The notes beneath the pieces were generated by a model. The model did not search any database, was not told the DNA's origin, and was given only the letters and a program-made list of their open reading frames with translations. Below are positions 47,069 to 55,805 of a stretch of DNA of 64,000 bases, piece after piece (the stretch's first letter is position 1; the number at the start of each line of letters is the position of its first letter). The stretch is from Dehalococcoidia bacterium (lineage in GTDB: Bacteria; Chloroflexota; Dehalococcoidia; UBA2979): contig JANQNP010000118.1 of assembly GCA_028279505.1 (NCBI GenBank), forward strand, positions 6,610 to 70,609. Reading direction: 5' to 3'. A program made the translations under genes and the position numbers.

Positions 47069-47737
47069 CTATTGGTCGCACGTGGGATCGCAGGCTCGAC
47101 CAGGATCGAGAACGAGGCTGCGTGCAGTGTCTCGGAAGAACGCCTCGATCGCCGGCCCGTGGCGACGGTAGTCGCCACCCTGAACGCGGACGACGTAGTG
47201 GCCGACCTCGAACCAGCAGGTCCGGCTGGTGACCGCGGCGTCGACGCGCTCGATGTTGATACAAGCGGCGCGCTCGTCGCCGATCTGGCGCTCGAACACG
47301 GTCGAGATCTCCAGGTCGGGGAGCACTCGCCCGGCAGCCGAGGTGCGGATGCTGTCGCTGAGCCGAACGCACTCCGCCTGCTCAACGGCGCTCGGTTGGG
47401 GCTGGGCTTCGACAGTCACCATCACCGAGGGCGGCGGTCGGTCGGGCTGCTCGGCGTCGGATCCGGTCGCGACGAGGAGCGGCCAACGGAAGAGCCCCGT
47501 ATCGCTCAGGCACGGGTAGCCGTCGGTCGTGCGCGCCGGGAGGTCGAACGGGCACATCTCGTGCGGCCGTCCGAGGTCGAGTGCCGCCTCGTCGGCGACC
47601 CAGTAAGACGAGTAGCTCAGCTCCCAGCACCCGTCGGGACCACCGATGACGACCGTCTCCCAGTCGTCGCCACCGCATGCAACGAGGAACATCGTGCTCG
47701 CAAGCAGGACGACGGCGCAGCGGGCGATCGAGGGCAT
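47069..47737 (-). CDS. lipoprotein of unknown function
   Basis: Signal peptide with lipobox FLVACGG and multiple Cys residues. Convergent with the previous lipoprotein gene. Confidence 0.55.
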   Translation of the reverse strand: MPSIARCAVVLLASTMFLVACGGDDWETVVIGGPDGCWELSYSSYWVADEAALDLGRPHEMCPFDLPARTTDGYPCLSDTGLFRWPLLVATGSDAEQPDRPPPSVMVTVEAQPQPSAVEQAECVRLSDSIRTSAAGRVLPDLEISTVFERQIGDERAACINIERVDAAVTSRTCWFEVGHYVVRVQGGDYRRHGPAIEAFFRDTARSLVLDPGRACDPTCDQ

Positions 47738-48085
47738 CGCCCGATCGTCGTCCCGCGTCGTTAGGCACGCGTTATGACGGCGCCGCCTACCCCGTCAGCG
47801 CCGCCGGTCGTACCGTGATCGCATGCTCGAAGACCCCGGACGCTTCTACTGGAAGTGGCTCGCCGTCGGCGGCGGCCTGCTGATCCTCTACGCCGTCGAG
47901 CGCACGATTCGCACCGGCGGGCTCTTCTAGCCGCCGCTCCCAACCGGTCCCCGTTCGCCTCGTGACCTTCGCTTCTCGCGGTCCGCGTCGCGGGCCGCTA
48001 GAATCCGCGCGCGCCAGCCGAGGACCCGCGCGTCGCATGCGCTCACCGGGTTGGCGATCATTACGCGCACTGAGGGGAGCACCGA

Positions 48086-48574
48086 ATGGTCGACCGATTC
48101 CCAGTCGAGGCCGGACACATCATGTTGTTCGCGCGCTCGATCGGCGACACGAACGACATCTACTACGACGAGGACTACGCGAAGACCACCGAGCCTGGCG
48201 GCATCATTGCCCCGCCGACCTTCGTCCAGGCCAGCGCCCAGTGGGAAGAGGGCTACTCGCTCCGCCCCACCATCGGCGAGCCGTGGTTCGGCTCCGGCAA
48301 GGAGCCGACCGGCGTGAAGCGCGAGAGCAGCGGTGGCGGCGGTGGTGGCGGCCTCCACGCCGAGCAGCACTACGAATACCACCGACACCTGCGCCCCGGC
48401 GACGTCCTTCGCTCCGTCAACAAGCCCGGCGAGACCTGGGAGCGCGAGAGCAAGCGCGCCGGCAAGCTGAAGTTCTCGGAGTCGATCACCGAGTACTACG
48501 ACCAGAACGACGAGCTGGTGATCACTGCCCGCTCCGTGGGTGTTCAGACCGAGCGCCCCGTGGACCAGGGTTAG
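48086..48574 (+). CDS. MaoC-N/FAS1-like dehydratase domain protein (HadA-like, non-catalytic hotdog half)
   Basis: N-terminal MaoC-dehydratase-like segment (FPVEAGHIMLFARSIGDTNDIYYDEDYA). Precedes a HadB-like gene with a 10-nt gap. Contains an unusual Gly7 insertion. Confidence 0.7.
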   Translation: MVDRFPVEAGHIMLFARSIGDTNDIYYDEDYAKTTEPGGIIAPPTFVQASAQWEEGYSLRPTIGEPWFGSGKEPTGVKRESSGGGGGGGLHAEQHYEYHRHLRPGDVLRSVNKPGETWERESKRAGKLKFSESITEYYDQNDELVITARSVGVQTERPVDQG

Positions 48575-48584
48575 GGGGACAGCG

Positions 48585-49007
48585 ATGGCACTCAAGGCCA
48601 GCGAGATCAAGGTCGGCGACGAGCACGTCGAGGTAGTCGCCGACAACCTCACGAGGACCCAGATCGTCCAGTACGCCGGCACCTCCGGCGACTACAACCC
48701 GCTGCACAGCGACGAGGTGTTCACCACCAAGGTCGCCGGCTACCCGTCCGTCTTCGCCCACGGCATGCTCTCGATGGGCGCGACCGGCATGGCGGTCACA
48801 AACTACGTGGGCGACGGCCGCCTCACCAAGTACGGCGTCCGCTTCGTCAACCAGGTGTGGCCGGGCGACACTCTCACGGCCACCGTCGCCGTCGAGGAGA
48901 TTCGCGAGGAGGACGGGCAGCACCTCGTCGACCTCACCGTCTCCACCTCGAACCAGGACGGCCGCGAGGTCGTTCGCGGCTCCGCCACAGCCCGCATCGA
49001 CCCGTAG
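48585..49007 (+). CDS. MaoC-like (R)-specific enoyl-CoA/ACP hydratase (HadB-like catalytic subunit)
   Basis: Hydratase motif DYNPLHSD with the catalytic D/H pair. 140 aa. ATG at 48585. Confidence 0.8.
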   Translation: MALKASEIKVGDEHVEVVADNLTRTQIVQYAGTSGDYNPLHSDEVFTTKVAGYPSVFAHGMLSMGATGMAVTNYVGDGRLTKYGVRFVNQVWPGDTLTATVAVEEIREEDGQHLVDLTVSTSNQDGREVVRGSATARIDP

Positions 49008-49030
49008 GCGCACGCGCTCGCTGATCGACC

Positions 49031-49063
49031 GGAAGGGCGCCGCCAGGCGCCCTTCCTCGTTTC
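49031..49063. terminator. perfect 11-bp hairpin GGAAGGGCGCC-gcca-GGCGCCCTTCC followed by TCGTTTC
   Basis: Read directly from the sequence. About 25 nt downstream of the hadB-like stop. Confidence 0.6.
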
Positions 49064-49113
49064 GAGGGCTGCCCACCACCGAGGAGGACCGCCTGCTCGA
49101 CCTCGAACCGACC

Positions 49114-50136
49114 GTGATGGAGCGCGCCTGGGCCGAGCTCGCGCCGCCGCGCTGGGTCGACTCCGCGCGCGCGATCTACGAGCTGCTGCCCTTCCAGCGC
49201 TACCGGCAGCTCCCGTTCGTCGACCTCGCCTACGACCCACGCCGCGAGGAGCACTGGGCCGACGCAGCCCGGATCGCCGACTTCGCCTCGTGGCTTCCCG
49301 AGGGCGAGGCGACCGTCCTCGACGTCGGCCCCGGCGATGGCTGGCCCTCGATCCCGCTCGCCGCCGTACGGTCGGACGCCCGCGTGATCGGTCTCGAGCC
49401 GGCACCCCGCCGTACCGAGGTCTGTCGCACCAACGCGCGCCGCCTCGGCATCCCAAACGCGAGCTTCCTCACCGGCGACGCAACCGCCGTCCCGCTCGCC
49501 GGAGAGTCGATCGACCTCGTGACCGCGTCTTACTCCCTCGAGGAGTCGGCCGGCCCACAGAGGGCGATGCGCGAGCTGCGTCGCGTCCTTCGCCGGGGCG
49601 GCGTGCTCCGCGTTGCCTACCAGCGTTGGGAGCTGCCGCAGCCGGAGGTCGAAGCGATCTCACTACTCGAGGGTGCGTCGGGCTTGCTGTACCAGTACGT
49701 CCGCCGCGTGCAGCTGCCGAGCATCGAGCGCCGCTACACCCTGCTCGTCCCGGCCGATGGCGCCGCCGCCGCGATACACACCGAGGCGCTCATCGCCGCA
49801 TCCGAGGCGCCACGGGTCCTCGGCGAGACTCGACTCGAGCCCGATTCTCCGCTCGGAGCACCGCTCCTCGAGCGTCTCGCTCCGCACGCGCTCGACTCCC
49901 TCGCCGTCGAGCTCCGCCGCTGGACCACCGAGGAGCTGATCGCCGATCTCGAGGTCGCCGGCTTCTCCGAGGTCTGGGGTACCCTCCACAGCGGCGAGCG
50001 CGGCCGCGCCTACGGCCGCGAGCGCATCGCCTCGGATGACCCGGTCATCCTCGAGGAGTTCGATGCGCTGACGCGCGAGATCGGGGAGCGCGCCGCAGCG
50101 ACGGACGGTGCGGGGATGGTCACGGCGCGGCGCTAG
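49114..50136 (+). CDS. class I SAM-dependent methyltransferase
   Basis: Motif I VLDVGPGDGW. 340 aa. Confidence 0.7.
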   Translation: MMERAWAELAPPRWVDSARAIYELLPFQRYRQLPFVDLAYDPRREEHWADAARIADFASWLPEGEATVLDVGPGDGWPSIPLAAVRSDARVIGLEPAPRRTEVCRTNARRLGIPNASFLTGDATAVPLAGESIDLVTASYSLEESAGPQRAMRELRRVLRRGGVLRVAYQRWELPQPEVEAISLLEGASGLLYQYVRRVQLPSIERRYTLLVPADGAAAAIHTEALIAASEAPRVLGETRLEPDSPLGAPLLERLAPHALDSLAVELRRWTTEELIADLEVAGFSEVWGTLHSGERGRAYGRERIASDDPVILEEFDALTREIGERAAATDGAGMVTARR

Positions 50137-50150
50137 CTCGGCACGCCCGG

Positions 50151-50831
50151 TCAGATCAGCAAGACTTCTCGTTCGCTCCCGTCGGCCTCGCGGATGATCA
50201 GGGACGCGCCCTGGCGCTCGCTGATCTCGTCGACGAGGAGTCCAAGCTTCACGAACCGACGCAGGACTTCGAGGAGCGTGACGTCCTCCCGCCTCGCGAT
50301 CCACTGCACGCCCTCGAAGAGGTGGTTGGGCAGCGTGAGCTGGTAGCGGCGGAGCCAGGGTTCGCGCGTGGTGTCTGCCTCGAGGATCGCAACGGCCGCC
50401 TCGCGGACCTTGTCCGGACCTACGTCGGTGCGCGAAAGCAACAAGCTCGCGGCGCCGGAACCCTCGCGGATCAGGCCAATCAGCAAATGGGCAGTTCCGA
50501 CATCGTAGTGATTCAGTCTCCGCGCCTCGTCGATGGCGAGGTCCATGGCCCTCGTCAGCCGCGGCGCGAACTCTAGCGGCTCGCCTTCCGACGCCTGTTG
50601 CTCGCCAGCGCCGATCAACGTCTCGTAGACCGCACGGACACGCTCCCGAGGTAGGTCCGCCTCCGCGAGCGCCCGACTTGCGGTGCTCTGCTGGTCGTGG
50701 AGTAGGCCGACCAACAGGTGCTCTTGACCGACATAGCTGTGGTTGAGCTGTCTCGCCTCGTACTGCGCGCGATAGATCGCTGCGCTGGCGTTTGGCGAGA
50801 GACGTTCTGTTGGGAAGCGGCTGTCAGACAT
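50151..50831 (-). CDS. Clp N-terminal (Clp R) double-repeat domain protein with a putative ribbon-helix-helix-like C-terminal domain
   Basis: Two Clp_N repeats (YVGQEHLLVGLL and DVGTAHLLIGLI). C-terminal LTLPNHLFEGVQWIARREDVTLLEVLRRFVKLGL has a beta-helix-helix pattern. Upstream at 50832-50875 is a strikingly AT-rich promoter region. Confidence 0.72.
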   Translation of the reverse strand: MSDSRFPTERLSPNASAAIYRAQYEARQLNHSYVGQEHLLVGLLHDQQSTASRALAEADLPRERVRAVYETLIGAGEQQASEGEPLEFAPRLTRAMDLAIDEARRLNHYDVGTAHLLIGLIREGSGAASLLLSRTDVGPDKVREAAVAILEADTTREPWLRRYQLTLPNHLFEGVQWIARREDVTLLEVLRRFVKLGLLVDEISERQGASLIIREADGSEREVLLI

Positions 50832-50959
50832 TTGAGAAACATATAATAAACATTCATAAGATGTCTAGTATGTGATTGCGCTCGGCATTCAGCTCTGGGC
50901 GGCTCGAGGCCGTAAGCACGATCGCCCGGTCGCCGACGTTGTGCCGATACGCTCCGTCG

Positions 50960-52198
50960 ATGGCACAGACCTCGGTGCCCAGCGCCGCCCTCGATACGCG
51001 CGCTCGCCGTCGCACGCTCGGCCTCGTCGCGCTCGCCACGCTGGGCGGGCTCTCAGTCTGGTTCTCGACCAACGCCGTAGCCGATGCGCTCGGCGAGGAA
51101 CTGGGCTTCGGAGACGGTGACGTCGCGTGGCTCACGATCGCGGTGCAGTTCGGGTTCGTCGCCGGCACGCTGACCTCGGCCCTTGGCAACCTCGCCGAGC
51201 GGATGCATGAGCGCCGGCTCTTCGCGCTGGCTGGACTGCTGGCCGCCGCCGCCAATCTAGCGCCCGTCGAGTCCGACTCCTTCGCGGTCTGGCTGCTCGC
51301 CCGGTTCGCGACCGGCTTCTTCCTCGGCGGTGTCTATCCACCGGCGATGCACGTCATCTCGGGCTGGTACCAGCGGGGCCGCGGGCTCGCGCTCGGGATC
51401 GTGGTCGGCGCACTCACCCTTGGCTCAGGATCGCCGCACCTGCTCCGCGCCGCGCTCGAGAGCGACTGGCAGCTCGCCATGGCCGGCGCCAGCGCCTTCA
51501 CCCTCTTCGGCGCGGCCGTGATGTGGTGGACGGTGCGCGACGGCCCGTACCGCTCCCCACCCGCCGAGGTCCGCCCCACTGAGTTCTGGCGCGGCGTCAG
51601 CGGCCGCGCGCCGCTGCTCGCGCTCGGCGGTTACCTCGGTCATATGTGGGAGCTCTACGCGATGTGGGCGTGGCTGCCGGTCTTCCTGGCGCTGGTCTAC
51701 GAGGATATCGGCGACGTCCTCGGGCTCGGCGCGGGGAGCCTCGCCTCGTTCGGCATCTTCGCCCTCGGCGCCGCCAGCTGCGTCGTCGCCGGCTCCCTCT
51801 CCGAGCGCCACGGACGCACCGCCATCACCAGCGCCGCGATGGTGGCAAGCGGCGCGACCGCCCTCGTGATCGGCTTCGTGCCCGAAACGGCGATCGTCCT
51901 CGTCACCGTGCTCGCCGCGATCTGGGCCTCCACCGTCGTCGCAGACTCCGCCCAGTTCTCCGCCGCCATGACCGAGCTCGCCGACGAGCGCTACCGAGGC
52001 TCCGCGCTCGCCTTCCAGACCGGCGCCGGCTTCCTCCTCACGGCCGTCACCATCCGCGCCGTCCCCGTCCTCGAGGACCAGTGGGGCTGGGGCATCGCCT
52101 TCGCCCTGCTCGCGCTCGGCCCGGTCTTCGGCGTCCTCTCGATGCAGGCCCTCCGCCGCTCCCCCGAGGCCGTTCACCTCGCCGGCGGTCGCGGCTAG
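50960..52198 (+). CDS. MFS transporter
   Basis: 12 predicted transmembrane helices. Start taken at MAQTSV (50960); the ORF is open from 50876. Confidence 0.7.
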   Translation: MAQTSVPSAALDTRARRRTLGLVALATLGGLSVWFSTNAVADALGEELGFGDGDVAWLTIAVQFGFVAGTLTSALGNLAERMHERRLFALAGLLAAAANLAPVESDSFAVWLLARFATGFFLGGVYPPAMHVISGWYQRGRGLALGIVVGALTLGSGSPHLLRAALESDWQLAMAGASAFTLFGAAVMWWTVRDGPYRSPPAEVRPTEFWRGVSGRAPLLALGGYLGHMWELYAMWAWLPVFLALVYEDIGDVLGLGAGSLASFGIFALGAASCVVAGSLSERHGRTAITSAAMVASGATALVIGFVPETAIVLVTVLAAIWASTVVADSAQFSAAMTELADERYRGSALAFQTGAGFLLTAVTIRAVPVLEDQWGWGIAFALLALGPVFGVLSMQALRRSPEAVHLAGGRG

Positions 52199-52284
52199 CC
52201 ACCGACAGCACCGAGCCGGACCGATGCGCCGCCTCCGAGATCGCTAGAATCCGCGCCTACGTTGATCGTTCGTTCGGAGACCCC

Positions 52285-53355
52285 GTGCGCCGAGCCGTCA
52301 CCACCGAGGACCCAGCCCGCTGGGAGTTCGAGGCGTACGAGGCGGATCCACCAGGCCCAGGCGAAGTCCTCCTCCGCGTGCGCGCCTCCGGCATCTGCGG
52401 CTCCGACCTGCACTCCTACCGCGACGAGTCGCGCTGGCTCGCGCCGGGCGCCGGCTGGCGCCCTGGCCGCACCCCCGGCCACGAGGTGGCTGGAGAGGTC
52501 GCCGCCCTCGGCGAGGGCGTATCGAACCTCCGCGAGGGCCAACGGGTCGCCCTGCAGCCGCGACCGTTCTGCGGGGTCTGCACTGAGTGCCGCGCCGGCA
52601 AGACTGAGCTCTGTCAGGTCACGCCCGGTCTGATCGGCGAGGCGACCCCCGGCGGCTGTAGCGAGTACCTGGTCGTCCCCGCCCCGAACCTCTTCCCGGT
52701 CGACGACGACCTCGACTTTTCGATCGCGGCGTTGGCCGAACCGCTCGCTGTCGCGGTCCACGGCTATCGCGTCGCCGCGCAGCTCGACGCCTCCCGGCCG
52801 ACCTACGGCGAGCGCGTCGTCGTGCTCGGCGCCGGTCCCATCGGCCTGATGTCCGTCTTCTACGCCGCCCAGTCCGGCGCCGAGGTCGCCGTCACCTACC
52901 GCTACCCGCAGCAGCGCGACGCCGCGCTCCGCCTCGGTGCCGCGCACACCTTCGAGGCCGATGGCGCCAGCGAGGACGCGCTCCGCGCCTGGGCGCGCGA
53001 ACACCCCGTCGACCTCGTGATGGAGACCGTCGGCGGCGCCGCCGAGACACCCGAGGTCGCAACCCACGTCGTCCGCCGCGGCGGGCGCGTCCTGCTGCTC
53101 GGCGTACCGGCGCGCCAGGTGACCTTCCCCGCCCAGGTGATCCTCACCAAGCAACTCCGTCTCGCCGCGACCGTCTTCTACGGTTACGTCGGATTCCAGC
53201 ACGACTACGAGATCACCACCGACCTCCTGAACGAACATCGCGAAGTCCTCGACACGCTGATCACCCACCGCGTCCCGCTCGACGACGTCGCGCAGGGCTA
53301 TGCCTTCGCGGCCGACAAAGGCAGCGGCGCGATCAAGGTCTCGATTCAGCCCTAG
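52285..53355 (+). CDS. zinc-dependent alcohol dehydrogenase (MDR superfamily, threonine/sorbitol dehydrogenase-like)
   Basis: GHEVAGEV zinc site, structural-zinc Cys cluster (CGVCTECRAG), GAGPIGL NAD-binding motif. GTG at 52285 preceded by GGAGA. Confidence 0.85.
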   Translation: MRRAVTTEDPARWEFEAYEADPPGPGEVLLRVRASGICGSDLHSYRDESRWLAPGAGWRPGRTPGHEVAGEVAALGEGVSNLREGQRVALQPRPFCGVCTECRAGKTELCQVTPGLIGEATPGGCSEYLVVPAPNLFPVDDDLDFSIAALAEPLAVAVHGYRVAAQLDASRPTYGERVVVLGAGPIGLMSVFYAAQSGAEVAVTYRYPQQRDAALRLGAAHTFEADGASEDALRAWAREHPVDLVMETVGGAAETPEVATHVVRRGGRVLLLGVPARQVTFPAQVILTKQLRLAATVFYGYVGFQHDYEITTDLLNEHREVLDTLITHRVPLDDVAQGYAFAADKGSGAIKVSIQP

Positions 53356-53390
53356 CCGGTTCGGGGTCGAGCCCTGGGAAGGAGCACGCC

Positions 53391-55805
53391 GTGACGTCAC
53401 CCCTCGAGGGCCTGCGCGTGCTCGACATCTCCGAGGGCATCGCCGCCCCCTTCTGCGCCAAGCTGCTCGGCGACCTCGGCGCCGACGTCGTCAAGGTCGA
53501 GCACCCCGACGGCGGCGACGCATCGAGGCGGCTCGGCCCGTTCCCGGATGGCGTCGAGGACGCCGAGCGCAGCGCCTCCTTCTTCTTCTTCAACACCAGC
53601 AAGCGCGGCGTCACGCTCGACCCGACCACTGACGACGGCCGTGCCCTGCTCAAGCGGCTCGTCCGTCGCTTCGACGTCGTGATCGCCGGCGAAACCGAGG
53701 GCGAACTCGCCGATCGTGGTCTCTCGTTTGAGCAGCTCCGCGCCTGGAACCCGCGCGTCATCCTCACCACCGTCAGCGGCTTCGGCTCCGAGGGCCCGCG
53801 CGCCGGCTGGGGCTGGTCGCACCTGATCGCCTGCGCGACCGGCGGCTGGGCGCGCACCTGCGGCCTCGAGGATCGGGAACCGCTGCAAGCCGGTGGCGCG
53901 ATCACGGAGACGCTGACCGGCGCCTTCGCCGCCTCGGCCACCCTGCTCGCGGTTCTCGGCCGCAACGCCCACGGCCACGGCGAGCACGTCGACGTGAGCG
54001 CGCAGCAGGCGACGCTCGCCGGCGCGCTCTTCCCCTCGCTGCGCTACGAGTACTCGGGCGACATCCCTGGCCGGAACTCGCAGTTCGGCCCCGGCCCCTC
54101 CTACATCCTCCCCAGCAGCGACGGCTACATCGGCGTCAACGTCCTCACCGCCCCACAATGGGACCTCCTCTGCTCCTTCATGGGCCACCCCGAGATCGCC
54201 ACCGACCCGCGTTACGAGGGCGCGAAGCGCCGCGACCACGCCGAGGAGATCGGTCGGGTCTTCGCCGAGGCCCTGCGCGAGCGCACCTCCGAGGAGGTCT
54301 TCCACGAGGGCGAGTCGTGGCGCGTCCCATTCGGCCTCGTGCCGACCATGGAGCAGCTCGTCGAGCTGCCGCCGCACCGCGAGCGCGGCTTCATCGTCGA
54401 CCTCGATCACCCGAAGGCCGGCACCGTTGGTGTGCCCGGCATCCCCTTCAAGTCCACCGCCACCGCGCCGCAGCCGTTCCGCCCACCGCTCCTCGGCGAG
54501 CACAACGCCGAGGTCGCGCGTGAACTCGAGGAGCCACCCGCGGTCGCCGCACCGGCCCCGGCCGCCGGCTCAGTCCCGCCACCCCTCGAGGGGATGAAGA
54601 TCCTCGATCTGTCGATGTTCTTCTCCGGTCCGCTGGCGATGCAGATCGCTGGGGATGCAGGCGCCGACGTGATCAAGGTGGAATCGGTCCAGCGAATCGA
54701 CGGCTGGCGCGGCACGACCCCGCCGCCGGGTGTAGAGCGCCCGTGGGAGCGCTCGCCTAACTTCAACTGGGTCAACCGCAGCAAGCGCGGCATCACTCTC
54801 AATCTCACCGACCCGCGCGGCTCCGACATCATCAAGCGCCTCGTTGCCGAGGCCGACATCCTGATTGAGAACTACACGCCACGCGTCATGGGCAACTTCG
54901 GCCTCGAGTACGAGACGCTGAAGGCGATCAACCCGCGCCTGATCATGATGTCGATGCCTGGCTTCGGCGCCGACGTCTCCTGGCGCGACTACGTCGCCTT
55001 CGGCATGTCGACGGAGCAGATGTCCGGCATCTCCCACCTCACCGGCTACGAGGGCGGGCCGCCGATCTTCACCGGCATGAACGGCGGCGACCCCTTCGTC
55101 GGCGTGATCGCCGCGACCGCCCTGTTCGCCGCGATCCACCACCGCGAGCACACCGGCGAGGGCCAGCACATCGACCTCAGCCAGGTCGAGTCCTGCACGC
55201 TCTTCGTCGGCGACGCCGTCACCGGCTGGACGCTCGCCGGCCACGACCCCGGCCGCGTCGGCAACACCCACCCGAGGAACGCCCCTTACGGTACCTACCC
55301 CTGTCGCGACGGCGACTGGATCGCCATCGACTGCCAATCCGACGACCAGTGGGCCACGCTCGCCGCGATGATCGGCCACCCCGAGTGGGCCGCGCCCGGC
55401 GAACCCTGCGCCACCGCCGCCGGACGCCTCGAGGACTGCGCCACTCTCGACGGGGCGATCGCGTTGTGGACCCGCGCCCACGATCACCTCGGACTCGCCG
55501 AAGAGCTACAGGCCGCCGGCGTCCCCGCTGGCGCCGTCGTCTCCGGCCCCGAACTCCTCGAGGATCCCCAGCTCGCGGCGGTGGGCGGCTTCCTCCCGCA
55601 GGACCGCCCCGACATCGGCGTCAAGCACTACCCGGCGCAGCCCTACCGCTTCCGCAACGCCGCCTCGCCGCCGGACCGCCGCTCGCCCCTCCTCGGCGAG
55701 CACACCAACGAGGTCCTGCGCGAGTACCTCGCCATGAGCGACGCGGAGCTCGAAGCCCTCGAGCGAGACGACGTCACCGGAACCGTCCCGATCGCGGCGC
55801 GTTAG
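53391..55805 (+). CDS. fusion protein of two family-III (CaiB/BaiF) CoA-transferase domains
   Basis: 804 aa. Each half begins with the family-III N-terminal signature (LEGLRVLDISEGIAAPFCAKLLGDLGADVVKVE and LEGMKILDLSMFFSGPLAMQIAGDAGADVIKVE). The halves are joined by an Ala/Pro-rich linker. Confidence 0.85.
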   Translation: MTSPLEGLRVLDISEGIAAPFCAKLLGDLGADVVKVEHPDGGDASRRLGPFPDGVEDAERSASFFFFNTSKRGVTLDPTTDDGRALLKRLVRRFDVVIAGETEGELADRGLSFEQLRAWNPRVILTTVSGFGSEGPRAGWGWSHLIACATGGWARTCGLEDREPLQAGGAITETLTGAFAASATLLAVLGRNAHGHGEHVDVSAQQATLAGALFPSLRYEYSGDIPGRNSQFGPGPSYILPSSDGYIGVNVLTAPQWDLLCSFMGHPEIATDPRYEGAKRRDHAEEIGRVFAEALRERTSEEVFHEGESWRVPFGLVPTMEQLVELPPHRERGFIVDLDHPKAGTVGVPGIPFKSTATAPQPFRPPLLGEHNAEVARELEEPPAVAAPAPAAGSVPPPLEGMKILDLSMFFSGPLAMQIAGDAGADVIKVESVQRIDGWRGTTPPPGVERPWERSPNFNWVNRSKRGITLNLTDPRGSDIIKRLVAEADILIENYTPRVMGNFGLEYETLKAINPRLIMMSMPGFGADVSWRDYVAFGMSTEQMSGISHLTGYEGGPPIFTGMNGGDPFVGVIAATALFAAIHHREHTGEGQHIDLSQVESCTLFVGDAVTGWTLAGHDPGRVGNTHPRNAPYGTYPCRDGDWIAIDCQSDDQWATLAAMIGHPEWAAPGEPCATAAGRLEDCATLDGAIALWTRAHDHLGLAEELQAAGVPAGAVVSGPELLEDPQLAAVGGFLPQDRPDIGVKHYPAQPYRFRNAASPPDRRSPLLGEHTNEVLREYLAMSDAELEALERDDVTGTVPIAAR

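Noticed and set aside
47996-52256. Treating the shared 15-mer CGCTAGAATCCGCGC as a definite regulon motif
   Set aside because: Rough arithmetic says exact 15-mer coincidences are not rare in 64 kb of about 72%-GC DNA, so I report it only as a low-interest observation and not as a regulatory feature.
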